This document shows, piece by piece, positions 35,269-47,580 of a stretch of DNA of 64,000 nucleotides. The DNA comes from Lepidodermella squamata. Taxonomy: Eukaryota > Animalia > Gastrotricha. Position numbers and translations under genes: made by a program. Numbering within the stretch: position 1 is the first letter of the stretch; every line of letters starts with the position of its first letter. The DNA is taken from assembly GCA_047495785.1 (NCBI GenBank), contig JBLDXI010000030.1, forward strand, positions 930,001 to 994,000, in the 5' to 3' direction. Under the pieces are notes generated by a model. The model had not been told where the DNA came from. It saw only the letters and a program-made list of their open reading frames with translations, and ran no database searches.

Positions 35269-36923
35269 TCAAGAAGCCATCAAACAGAAAAGCACGATGT
35301 CTGCTATGGTAACAGTCAGAGTAGTAACAGTTGTTACGATGATGTCACTGCAGCGGATAGCCGTCACTTCAAAACGCCAGATTTTGATTGCTTTCATCTC
35401 TTTTTGGGCCAGGTTGCAAGTGATCAACATATGCACAGACAGGGCCATGCCTATAATATATTTCATGGTGATCCCAACAACGATGTAGATGACTTCCGAG
35501 GTTTGAGGAACTTGAGAAGCCAACAAGCCAAGGGTAACAGAGTTGGCTAAAACCACTGTCATGCTGAAGGCTGGTCTATCAGGCATTTCTGGTGGCATAA
35601 GCATGCAAAACAGCTGGGTTACGAACAATCCATAAGTTGGTACGAAAACTGTTGCAGCTAGGTATACAGGCTTCCTTCGAAATTTAAAGCCTATCTCAAT
35701 ATCAACAGCTGAATGGCCGTCATTCGTTGCAAATTCGCTGACGTTCGTTGAGTAATTCTCTATAATCCATATATCACTCGAATCTAGGAAGTCTTCGTCA
35801 ATTTTGATGTCTTCGATGGAATAGTTTATCAGTTCAGCTTTATCGATAGCCGTGAAAGCCATCGAGCATTCGAAGGTGTCAAACGGGAACTTCGCAAATT
35901 TTGTCTTGCAGAGCGAAGTTATTGTACCAGACGCTAACATGAACCCATATAGAGCATTATTCTCTTTCAAGATCACTTCCGTGTTTTTCGCCATCCTAGA
36001 GAAATCGGTAGAAATAATGACAAACCGAAAAAGGCTAGATTCTATTTATAGAGCAGCGGTTCCCAGACTTTTTGTCTCGTATTGGTGTCCTCCGAAAATG
36101 GCTCATAGAAACCTTGGTAAAATTACAGAAATTTTGTTTGGGATTTTGTGCTTCGATTTTTGATGTTTGTACGTTTGTCATTTTGAGGCCCATATAGAAC
36201 ATACGTGTCCTACAAAACACTTGAAAGATGGCTTAGTACACGAGTGTTCCATAGGAAACAGTTTGGGAAACGCTGTTATAGATTATAGAGTTAAGATTTT
36301 GTTTTAGTATTAGGGTTGGGGGTAGAATTAGGGTTGATGTTGATACCTATCGAGTGTTTGATGGATTAATTCCATGTTTATAATTTAAAATATGGAAATT
36401 GGGGCGCAGGTTTTTACCCTTCGAATGGCCGGCTGTTATCATAGCCGTTATTATGATCCAATGTCGGATACCAAGCAGGTGACTCATCTGGTTTGCCCAG
36501 TGGCAGTGGAAAGTTGATAAGTAACCGATTTGCCTCGCAAGCCTTCATTGTTACCTCATTGGTAAAAAGTGAACAGTTGAACGGTACACCGCAGTTGTAC
36601 GGCCATAGAAAACGATAGAATGCATGCATGGCCAAGCTGTTTGCAAAAGTTTAGCGGAAAATCATTCGTAAATGTTAGTGGAGAAGTTTAATTCACGTTT
36701 TATCGGTATCGACTATCCCGACGAATCGAGTTAACCAAACACGAATGGATATGTTCAGCTGAGCCCCGCACGTAGTCATGCTATCTACGGGCAAATTCGG
36801 CGATTTGACATCTGGGAACGTCTTCAGAATGTCATCGCGAATAGTATCTGCCACCGAGCTTTCGCCTTCGGTGCCAACGGCATGCAGCACTGCTAAAGCT
36901 AAGAGAAACACGCGAAAGGCCAT
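35269..36923 (-). CDS. Cys-loop pLGIC subunit, subfamily B, intact
   Basis: Exons 36923-36697, 36636-36418, 35995-35269; intron 2 is 422 nt with a hAT MITE. Confidence 0.9.
36054..36275. mobile_element. hAT-Charlie-like MITE in intron 2
   Basis: TIR CAGCGGTTCCCAGACT / AGTTTGGGAAACGCTG; 8-bp TSD TTATAGAG / TTATAGAT. Confidence 0.82.
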
Positions 36924-37244
36924 TATTGTGAGTAAAGGTGGCTTCTCGCTTCAACATTTGTGCTTCTCGTGATAATAAAATATTCAGGAAAATCAATGAA
37001 ATGTCGATGACAACAAGGCTTTCTAGCTTTTAATTATGAATGATGTCATGATTACAGACTAGTCTACAGGATTTTTACCACGGGTTTCTAGCCCTTGCGT
37101 ATCTCTCAGCTGGGAATCATCGAGCGATTCGAGGCCAGGCTGCATCCTGACTTCTTCAATTGGCTCATGCGCGTTTTAAATCATCCACCGTTTGAGTTTC
37201 ACGCAATTGAGTTCAATTTTGATTTAGTCAGAAGGTTTCGAATA

Positions 37245-37666
37245 CTGTATTTCTACTAATTTTCGGTGGTCACTAATTTTCGGTTTTGGAGATTTCGGAC
37301 CTGTACTTTTAATTTCGGTGGATTTGAATTCGGTTTGAGAGTAGATCCTGAGAAAAAATTCGAAATTAGTCGCTTAAAAATTGATTTCAGTGCTTCGATT
37401 TCGTGTTTTTACACGCTATGAGGAGATACTCACTGCTTTAGCAGCGTCAATATCTGCTGCTTCCAATATCCTTACTACCTAAAATTGCAGCTAACACAAT
37501 TTTGGCACATTTTACCCTACTTTACCATGATAAAGCTGTATTGTAGAAAATAACTCTAAATTGGCCGAATTTATTTTCGGTGATTTTGAATTCGGTGTTT
37601 CCTCAAAAACACCGAATTCAAAGATCAAATCGAATTAGTGACAACCGAAAATTAGTAGATATACAG
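37245..37666. mobile_element. Tc1/mariner-type MITE
   Basis: TA TSD; ~34-bp TIR CTGTATTTCTACTAATTTTCGGTGGTCACTAATT. Confidence 0.82.
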
Positions 37667-37800
37667 TAGTTAATGGGACTCCATGCTAGATTGCGTTGCC
37701 AGTTAACTTTCTTAACTAAGGTCACCGATGACGCAACGTCTTGGCCGAGACGAAACGTATACGTCAGACTAGCCATATTGATTATAGACTACAGGCTCAA

Positions 37801-38236
37801 TAGACAACTCTATACAGATCGGAAAGTGACGATCTTCCTATAGTAAGTAAATGCACACCAAAATTTGAAAAATTGGGCACGCGACCTTTATTTTTATTCA
37901 CACATCGCCCTATCCGCCGAAAAATTCCGAGAAAAACACTATTATCTTATTTGATTTTTGCTTAAAACTATTTTTTGAGTTTTGCGAAATTGTCATGTAC
38001 GCGTGATAATACTCTTCTAAAAAATAGCTTTGCTGCTTTTTGCATGCACTTCTGCATTTTTTTGGTATTTGCAGGAAATGATACTTTTTTAGAAAATAAT
38101 TCAAAATCGAAAATATGACAATGGGCGGATAGGGCGATGAATAAAAATAAGGTCGCGTGCCCGCTTTTTCTCGTTTTGGTGTGAATTTATTTACTATGGG
38201 AAGATCGTTACTTTCAATTCTGTGTAGGGTTGTCTA
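37801..38236. mobile_element. Long-TIR foldback element
   Basis: ~120-bp imperfect inverted repeats TAGACAAC...GGGCACGCGACCTT...CATCGCCCTATCCGCC; TSD not identified. Confidence 0.78.
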
Positions 38237-38855
38237 TGAGAATAATATATTAAATTTGTACAGGTTGCTCGATCTTAAGCAATCCATAGCGATATCCAAA
38301 GGTTCATTTTGGCTGGCACGTACGAAGCTGATGGAGAGAGTTGTGCTGTCATCCAAAACGACACAAAATCGATCATGTTTGCTTGCACCTGGGAAATCGA
38401 TTGCAAACTCTGTCAACGATCGACTTCGACGAAAATTTAATACTGTCGTATTTTAATCTGAAACCCGGAAAATATTTCGAGCCAAGGCAGTCAGGCTGCC
38501 TTACAATCGGCATTTAAATCGTAATATAAAAGTCTCAGGAGGACGTGAAATGAAATGTAATAATAAATCTCTGTTTAGCACATTTACTCAAGTGCGCAAC
38601 TTACTCAAGTGAGCCGGCTCAACGGAGACATATCACGTATTTATTCTTGGAAGTTTGAATGACAATTGCATGCGTTTAGAAGCCACAGAACTATCTGATG
38701 CCAAACTGAAAGCTACAAAACGTTTAAGGAAAAGCGTGCTAGAAATAAAAATTGATGGTTTCTAAAGAAGTTCGAAGAAGTGGCGTAATTAAGAAGCTGT
38801 CAACGATTGGAATATAATCAAACATGAAGACCTTGTAGAGTGTAGAGAACATTCG

Positions 38856-40025
38856 TCAAGATAACATTCGTGAAAAAAGAATTGCGTCCATGGTCATTAC
38901 AACTAGGCCTGCTATAATGGCCACCGTCAGGTCCAGAAGCCGATTAATTGGAATTTTCAATGATTTATGAAGCTTGAAAACTCGAGATTTCACAGAATTG
39001 GAAATACTAGGGCTGAAGCAAGTATACGCTGTGATTAAAACTGCTACAATGAATTTTGCGGCTACCATATAGACAATGTAGACGTGAGCCGATGTTGTTG
39101 GCATCATGCCGAAAATCAAGGTAAGAAATACAACGTACGACAACACGACCGTCACGCAAAATGATGATTGGTCCCTATTTATAGGCTCTGCTATCAGAGA
39201 AAGGACTTGAAGGATGAAAAGCGTGATAGTTGGGACGAAGATGTTGCAGACGTAGTAACCACTTTTGCGGCGAAATCGAATCGTCATATTGATTCGGCTA
39301 ACACTAAATGCCCCTTTTGCCTGAACACAAGCATAGCTGCTGTACTCGAGTGGCTCGACAACTGACCATATGTCAGTATCAACGATGAAAGTATCTCGGG
39401 CGGAGACATCGATATCAAAGGATTGAAGGTGGAGCTTCACGTCTCGCAGCAAATCAGCGGATTCGAAAACTAGTGTGCAGGCTTGCGTATCGAACGGGAA
39501 TTTGCGGTAGCTGAAATCAGTGCACGAGACGTCGAATCTGTCGAAAATGTAGTAACCCATTTCGTTCGATGCGGAAAGTGGAAAGATCGAGACGCGGTCG
39601 CCTATTTTTCGATTGAAAACAGGAGATTCACTCGCAGTCAAATGATAAATCGCTGGAGTCCAAATATCTAACGCAGGGACCATGAAGAAGAGCCAGGGGA
39701 GATTAAGTATCTTGCACTCGTTTTCGGATAGCAAATCCGTACATTTTGGGGTTTCGCATGGTAAACCCCAATCCATAGCCAAAGATGCGACTAAAGACAG
39801 CTTTTGCTCCACGTCGTCAATTCCGACAAACCGATGGAGGGCCATGGTGATGTTGACGACAATCGGACGGCTGCCGTTGAAATATAACGCTTGATCCAAC
39901 GTCAAGCTTTCGGACCGAACTGCCGGACAAAATTTAGCGAATCTGGTCTGAAACTGTTCAGCTGTCGACAATGAAGCCCCTGGCGTGTGCTTAGCCACAA
40001 TCAGAAAGAGTAAAAGCAATTTCAT
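38856..40025 (-). CDS. Cys-loop pLGIC subunit, subfamily A, intronless, intact (389 aa)
   Basis: Single ORF with all subfamily A motifs. Confidence 0.92.
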   Translation of the reverse strand: MKLLLLFLIVAKHTPGASLSTAEQFQTRFAKFCPAVRSESLTLDQALYFNGSRPIVVNITMALHRFVGIDDVEQKLSLVASLAMDWGLPCETPKCTDLLSENECKILNLPWLFFMVPALDIWTPAIYHLTASESPVFNRKIGDRVSIFPLSASNEMGYYIFDRFDVSCTDFSYRKFPFDTQACTLVFESADLLRDVKLHLQSFDIDVSARDTFIVDTDIWSVVEPLEYSSYACVQAKGAFSVSRINMTIRFRRKSGYYVCNIFVPTITLFILQVLSLIAEPINRDQSSFCVTVVLSYVVFLTLIFGMMPTTSAHVYIVYMVAAKFIVAVLITAYTCFSPSISNSVKSRVFKLHKSLKIPINRLLDLTVAIIAGLVVMTMDAILFSRMLS

Positions 40026-40556
40026 GACGGTTTTAGCTTTCGATTAGAATGCAGTCTCTGCTGAACTCTCGCCCAGTAAAACTCTAGAGTCACGTCAAAT
40101 TTCCTGTTAAACGTTTGCATGCCTCCTCGGATATCAAGCGAATCGATGGCATTGTGAACAATTTTATTCTCACATTTCTATCACCACAGTGCTTAGCCTT
40201 TGATCTTTGAACTACCTATTGCCAGTAACTTGTTTTTATTCGAATATGTTCAAATGGTTACCAATGCCAAGTGAGAGAAAATTTCAGAATGAATCAACGT
40301 AAATATTTGATAACCCAAGAATCAAATCTCCGATTTATCCGTGCATTTTTGCGTACTCAGCCGCCTTACATTCAGCATTCACTGTGCATCTATCTGGCCA
40401 TATTAATCTATCAATGAAATCGGGCCAGTAACTAGCAAATCCGCTTGATTATGATGCAGTTCGATGAAAAGTATCCAATTATGAATATATATATATAGGT
40501 TATTGAGTTACAGGTTTGTTACGTATTGTTTTTTATTAGAAAATTTGCTAGTATAA

Positions 40557-42316
40557 TCAAGAGGCCATCAGACAAAAAAACACAATGTCTGCTATGGTAA
40601 CAGTCAGAGTAGCAACCGTCGTTACTATGATGTCACTGCAGCGGATAGCCGTTATTCCGAAACGCCACAGCTTGAGTGTTTTCACCTCTTTTTGCGCGAG
40701 ATTGCAAGTTACTAACATATACACCGTCAGGGCCATGCCTATAACATATTTCATAGCAATGCCAATAACGATGTAGATGACTTCCGAGGTCTGAGGAACC
40801 TGAGTTGCCAACAAGCCGAGGGTTACGGAATTGGCTAAAACCACGGTCATACTGAAGGCTGGCCTATCAGGCATTTCTGGGGGCATGAACATGCAGAACA
40901 GCTGTGTTGCGAACAATCCGTAAGTTGGTACGAAAACTGTTGCGGCGTAGTATATCGGCTTCCTGCGATATTTGAAGCCTAGCTCCATATACGCGGATGA
41001 ATAGCCGTCGTTCGTTGAGAATGTATCGACCAATGTCGTGTAATTCTGCAGCTCCCATATATCACTTGAATCGAGGAAATCATCGGTTACTTCTATGTTG
41101 TCGATAACATAGTTAACCAGTTCAGCTTTGTCAATTGATGAGAATTGCATCGAGCATTCAAATGTGTCGAACGGGAATTTCGCGAATTTCGCGTTGCAAA
41201 GCGAAGTAATTGTACCAGAAGCTAACATGAAACCGTAGAGACCATTGTTCTCTTTCATGATCACTTCCGTATTTTGCGTCATCCTGCAAAAATTGGTAAA
41301 CATTATGATGAACCGATTTCAGAAGTAGAATGCGGGCTACGTGTATGACCTGGGTTCTACGGTTAGTTTGAACTCGTTGTCATATTTTTTTGTTCGTTTT
41401 GGGGTTGGGTGTGGGTGTTGGGGGTGGGGAGAGGTTTCGTGTGGGTATTTTAAGCTCCGAATTCGTTTGACCAAAGGGTCCCTGTGGTTTTTTCGTTTTC
41501 TTGCCTGGATCTCTCGAGGTACGGTAGCCCCCTGATTTTACTGTTAGGATTAGGGTGGGTTTTAACACAAGATTTTTGAGTGAAGGACTTGGCTCTTGTT
41601 TTGAGATTAGGACTGAGGTTCTTAAAATGTACCCTCTAAATGGCAAGCTATCCAGGCAGATTCAGGCTCGGGTTAGGCTCAAGATCAGTCTTTAGGTATT
41701 ATGGTTTATGGTAGTATTGGTGTTAGGGTTGATACCAGAAGTTTCTTTAATCGACTGATCTCATGGTTCTGATAGGGTTAGGAGTTAGGAGGTTCGAGGT
41801 TTCCAAATGTACCCTGCAAACGGCCGGCTGTTGTCATAGCCATTGTTGTGGTCCAATGTCGGATACCAAACAGGAGCTTCATCTGGTTTGCCCAGTGGTA
41901 GTGGAACATCGATTAGCAACCGATTTGCCTCGCAAGCCCCCACTGTAACATCGCTACTGAAAATTGAGCAGTTGAACGGCTGACCGCAGTTGTAAGGCCA
42001 TAGAAATCTGTAGAATGCATGCATAGCCAACCTGTTTGCAAAAGTAAGGCGAATCATGGAATAATTGGTGAAGAAGCAAAATTCACGTTTTGTCAGTATC
42101 GACTATCCCGACGAATTTTGTGAACCAAACACGAAGAGATATGTTTAGCCGTGCACCGCATGTAGTCATGCTATCTACGGGCAAATTCGGCGATTTGACA
42201 TCTGGAAACGTCTTCAGTATGTCACTACGAATAATCTCCGCCACGGAGCTTTCGCCTTCAGTGCTAACTGAATGCAGCAGTGATGCAGCTAAAATTACTA
42301 ACCCTTGAAGGGTCAT
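40557..42316 (-). CDS. Cys-loop pLGIC subunit, subfamily B, intact
   Basis: Exons 42316-42087, 42031-41813, 41283-40557; intron 2 is 529 nt with G/T-rich dispersed repeat sequence. Confidence 0.9.
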
Positions 42317-42872
42317 TATTTAAAATAAATAGGCGGCTTCTACCTGGGAGTGTGGCCACGCGTTCAATATGATGGAAAGATATTCAAACAAAATCAATGC
42401 CAGGCGAAGTGCAGCGTTGATTATTTTAGCGTTAATTATGAATGATGTCACGAATCGGACTATAAGCATTACTAGGCAAGAAAAAATGAATTCCGGGTAT
42501 GCATCATTTATTATTACAATATATTTCAACCATCCGCATTCATGCGCCTGTGGCCTAATAATTCAGGGGGTTGAGTCTGCATGGTGCATATTTCATATTT
42601 AGCGGTGCAAAATTAATTATTCTCATAAGCATAAATTTCAGACTCTGGCAATTAAAAATGTTAATTGAATAATTTAATTAGAAAAATTCCCAATATTCGC
42701 CAATCACAGTACTGAAATATTTATGTGTAAAATTTGGGTATTAGTCCCAGGTTGCAAGGTAACTGGGGCCCCGAGACCTTGTGTTGGAAGGTACATTCAA
42801 ATGCCCGCTTACGGTAAGGCTCCGCGCGCGTTCCTATTGGCCAACTAACTTTCCACTCTCAAATGGCAAGGG

Positions 42873-43285
42873 CATAGAGAAAAAAAGTGACCAGAGTAAG
42901 CACTCCAGCTAAATTTTTATCTGCATTATTGAATCGAGTGCTTTCTCAAAACGGATATCTCCGTTTTCCACCAAATTGTGCATGCATATAGAAAGCGAGC
43001 TGCTCTTTCGCGTGGTGTAAGATTTGGGGTGGGAAACCCAACCGTTATTTCGATACAAAAACCTCTTTTTCACTATGGTTTCATTAATTTTGATGAGATC
43101 AAGACTGAGCAGCAATTGCGCATCTCAAATCTTATACCACGTGAAGGAGCAGCTCGCTTTCTATATGCATGCAAAATTTGGTGAAAAACGGAGATGTCCG
43201 TTTTGAGAAAGTCAACTTTGAATAAAAAAGAAGATTCTGAAATGTTAGCTTCAGCCCGCTTACTCTGGTCATTTTTTTCTCTATG
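42873..43285. mobile_element. P-element-like (or hAT) MITE
   Basis: Perfect 8-bp TSD GGCAAGGG; TIR CATAGAGAAAAAAA.TGACCAGAGTAAGC; long internal inverted arms. Confidence 0.88.
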
Positions 43286-43399
43286 GGCAAGGGTTTGAAT
43301 TTCATTTCGGCTCTTTCAACAAAATGAATCACATTAATTTCTCTATCTATTTAATATAGAAAAGCAAGCGCGCCTTGCAAATATTTCCTGGAGTGTTTG

Positions 43400-43693
43400 T
43401 GTAACGGTGACGGGTTCTCGCGATCAGGTGATCATGACAGACTTGTTTGATGTTAGCTGAAGATGTAGCAAAAACACGTTCGACGGTACGAAAATAGGCG
43501 TTTTATTTATAGGATATAGGATAACTACTTTTGTTCTCCAAAACGGAGGATGAATTAAGAGTACAGAATTAGGCCTTTTTATAGGCGGAATGGTATCAGG
43601 TTTTTGGCACGGCAATTGCTGGCACGCGCTAGACAGGAATAACAATTCGTGGCGTGACACGTTGTGCTATTTATTAAAGGTGTCACCGCCACA
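43400..43693 (-). mobile_element. Solo LTR (294 bp)
   Basis: TG...CA ends with 12-bp imperfect inverted repeats (TGTAACGGTGAC / GTCACCGCCACA), 5-bp TSD GTTTG, TATAAAA followed by AATAAA on the minus strand. Confidence 0.82.
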
Positions 43694-43739
43694 GTTTGCA
43701 AGTTTCCGTACCTGCCGTATCGAATTTTTCTGTTCGGCG

Positions 43740-44022
43740 ATAGGCGATTCGAAAGCGGTCAAATGATAGATCTTTGGCGTCCATATATCCAAAACTGGAA
43801 CCGGGAAAGAAAAATCGTCACAGTATGGAATCTTGCACTCTGTTTCAGACAATAAATCTGGTCATTTCGGAGTTTCACATGGCAGATCCATATCCATATA
43901 TGCAATCATTATGCAATTAAAGACAGCTTTTGCTCCACGTCGTCGATTCCCACAAATCGATGGAGAATCATCTTTACATCCACGACAACCGGACGGCTGT
44001 TGTTGGTATAAACCGATCAATC
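43740..44022 (-). pseudogene. Subfamily A extracellular-domain fragment
   Basis: SRPVVVDVKMILHRFVG...PCETPK*..ECKIPYCDDFSFPVPVLDIWTPKIYHLTAFESP with stops and frameshifts; closest to 47581-48756. Confidence 0.82.
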
Positions 44023-44401
44023 GAAAGCGAAAATTTAAATAAAAAAATTTCAGAACATGCAAGCGAAGCGAGAGGTAAAACAGCCCTGGGTCTAATATAT
44101 ATCTTATTAGTGTTAATTTCTTTATATAAATTATTGCTTACAAACAAGCTCGCGCACCTATGAGCGCGCAACAGGCATCGGAAATAGCGGCACTTCTCAT
44201 AACTCCTAATTAGGCTGATTTTGCGTAGTGGTGAATCGTTTGGCATGTTGTTCACAGGCTGCTGCTGCCCACTTGATATCCGATCACGTGATGTTTATAT
44301 TCGAGATTCTGGTCACGTTGAAACCAGCTAATTCAGATTTGTAACGTACCTTGTCTGGAGATTGCAAATTCTCTTATCCACTTCGGGTCAGAGATTTTAG
44401 C

Positions 44402-46936
44402 ATGAGCATTGATTTTAAAATGCTTCTATTAGCATTAATTTATTCACAATATGCTTATGCAGCGAAGCCGAGACTCCTGTGGCCTGGAATGACGCAGAAG
44501 CTCAACGTACCAGACCCCAGTCCTACAGCTATGATAGACTACGTCAACAAGTCTGGTTCTGTTTTGACAAATTTCGAAATCGTTTCTTATCCAATGAGAG
44601 GCAATGTTAACCTTAGCAATTACGCAAGAATGTTCTCAGAGATGGATCTACCCAACGACACTTACCTGGCACCCATAGTGACTGGTCCAGAGGCTAATTG
44701 TGGCAGTTCTGCTGGGACATTCCGTGCAATCTACATGGTCATGGTAATCCTTTTATGATTACTCGGATTCCTAAGACCGAAGGCTTTTTTTTGCATTAGA
44801 ATTTTATAGCTTCCGGTGAGATTTTGATTACCCTATGAAATTAAATTTTCTCTCCATAATTTTTACAGAATTTTTGCGCTTTCAATAAGAATTTATTTTT
44901 ACCCATTCCCTCCCTTCGAATAAACCAGATTTCGCAAAGCTGCGCTGGTCCTTTTATCGAATCTCGACGGTCCAAGTTCTACAACAACCTCTATACAATA
45001 ATAGGATCGGTTAGCGCAAATAAATACGCGATTCTCGAAACCATCAAACGGATTGGCAATTGGAAACGAGTCGGCATGGTATTCTCGTGGTACATTGATG
45101 ACGTCCCAATGTTGGCCGATGAGACCTTCAAGCTGCTGACGGCGAACGACATAGCAGTTGCCGAATTCGTTCGGGCTTATTATTTTGACGAATTGAGTGA
45201 TGCTGATTTACAATCTCTGCAGAATGTCAGAATTATCGTGGTATTCCCGTCCGGGGCTTGGGAATGCCAAATATTTCTATGCAAGGCGTATCACATTGGT
45301 ATCAGGCCGCCATTGTACCATTTCATGGTCGCGCTTTCAGCATGCTTGTCTTGGAACTTGCCGCGAAATCAATACATCTCAGATAACTGTACCAGACAAA
45401 TTGTGGACATTCAACTATCAGCGATGTTCGCTATTGGCATACCGATCGTGGCTACCGATATTCCGAAACAATCCAGTCTTGGGATGAGCCCTTCCGAATA
45501 CGACGATTTGCTGAGCGCGAAGGGCCGCGAGTTGGGATATAATTCGCCAATAGGTCTCGACCGTTTTGGTGAGCATGACGCAAATATGTTTACTCTGCTC
45601 GTCCTGAACAAAACTGAAGCATCCTTGAACCATGATCACAATCTTTCACTGACTGACTTCAAAAATCCGATGTACAAGCGCTTGATATACGAAGTAGTCC
45701 GAAGAAGTGCCGTGGAGCTCGAGGCAGTGGGATTTCGAAATCCTAGAATCAAGAGAGACACCAATGGGGAGATGTATCAAGATATACCAATAATGCAAGC
45801 CTACAAATTGCAATCTCGCCAAGTGGCTGTCCTAACATATGACTATGAGAAGCATTACTTTCTGTTAAATAACGATAATGGACCCATTTGGGCAACGAAT
45901 ACAGGACTCCCTCCGAGAGATCTGACTGACATCGAGATAAGAATCGGATATTGCGGCGGCATTTTGCGCGGTGTAGTCTCCTGTTTAGCGGTTTCTCTGA
46001 CCTTGATACAGATTCTTCTTCTCTCGGCGGCAACTCGAGGAAAAACTGAGACTTTCTACAGAAATTGGAAGAAGAGCTTTGTTTTCGTCGCCTGTTTAGG
46101 CCTGAATGCATCGGCAATTTTCTTAGTCATTGGTCATGATTATTCCCCGGCAACTGAGTGCAGGTGGAGATTGGTTCCAATTTCAATAGGCTTGAGCATG
46201 CTTCACAGTCTTATTTTCAGCCAGCTTTTTGTCTATAGCAAATTTGTCCGGGTGAGGACGTATCGCGTTTATAATAGAGCTATCCGTTACATCAACCATT
46301 TCGCTGAGTGGAAGTGCGCCTTCAGGGTGGGGCCGAGTGATGCTTCATACGAAATGAAAGGCATCGTCCTTCAAAGAAAAATGTCCACGCTCGTCAGTGA
46401 CAAGTATAAAAACGAGTTGCAAATGTCACAAGCTCTCAGCGTAGCTTTGGCTATGAACGTAATCGGTCTGTTGCTCTGGATCATCAAAGAGCCAATGCGA
46501 ATATCCTTATTTCGGAACCCGACAGCGTTTGACGAGGCTGCTGATACCTACTTTGAGCTGGATGTCATGCTTTGCAGTTCAGAGAATATAAGCTACTGGC
46601 TCGGAGCTATTCTCGCCTTTAACTTCGGAACTTGTATTACTAGCGAATCTGTTCTCGCTCGACCTTCGACGCCGCACCATGCCTAATGAATTCGCTCTGA
46701 GTTGCAAGCTAATCAGAGCAGCGGCCATGAACGCCCTAACGATGCTAGCTGCTAGTGTTGTTGTGCTTGTCTTAGTTACGCATTCAAACAAGCCGTGTGT
46801 ATTCAACGCAGTATTAGCTTTCATCGAGCTTGTCTATTCCGGGCTAATGAGCTTCGTTCTGCTGCTACCAATTACTGTGAAAGTCGAGAGGCTGGATTTA
46901 GTTGCTAGCTTAGTCACTTCGAACGTTGCAATATAG
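44402..46936 (+). CDS. Divergent GABA-B-like class C GPCR (Venus flytrap plus 7TM), one frameshift at ~46630
   Basis: Exon 1 44402-44743 with signal peptide; phase-0 intron 44744-44928; GNWKRVGMV flytrap motif, IW..GLPPRD linker without Cys-rich domain, TM3 CRWRL..IGLS, ECL2 CSSENISYWLG; removing one A at 46630 joins TM5 to TM6-7. Confidence 0.75.
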
Positions 46937-47274
46937 TATATGATAATCCTATGGAGTGCGCGTCGTATCTATCCTTTAATTAGCGTCGCTTTCTACACCC
47001 AGTACTGGCTTCTAATGAAACTACCTACGGTACTCCATAAGTGTTGTTTTTCCGCGTTGTCGACGCTACTTCCCAGTTACATGAACGTCGCCTAATTCAA
47101 TCTAATTGATAAAAGCGTACGAAACTTTTCCAGTTTTGCCAATGGCCAATTTTTCAGCGACTATACCTTCTTTCATAAATACGACTCAGAGACTCCTTCT
47201 CATCTTCATGGTTCAGGGTAGTTCTTCATTCAACAGCCTAGCTGCTAGGCTAGCTGAGGCTAGCATAGGCTAGC

Positions 47275-47315
47275 TGATGGATGAACATGCTAGGCCCTAG
47301 CATGTTCATCCATCA
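47275..47315. repeat. Perfect 41-bp palindrome (20-bp arms, 1-nt spacer)
   Basis: TGATGGATGAACATGCTAGG-C-CCTAGCATGTTCATCCATCA. Confidence 0.95.
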
Positions 47316-47580
47316 TCATCATCGCATCCAAGCAATGCCGTGATACGACAGTTCAAATAATAAATACAGAGGAGATTCAATATCCCCATCGCATTGTTGT
47401 CAGCATTTATGTTTACCATCCAGCCGATATAATTATGAAGGATTCGGAGATTTTTCATATGAAATTGCTTTACAGGAAATTCGAAAAAGCAGGTTACGTA
47501 GGATCAATGTCTACGGCTGCATACAACCTCTAGCTTCATTTCAATCCTGTGTTAACTTAGAATCACGGGTGATAAACCAC

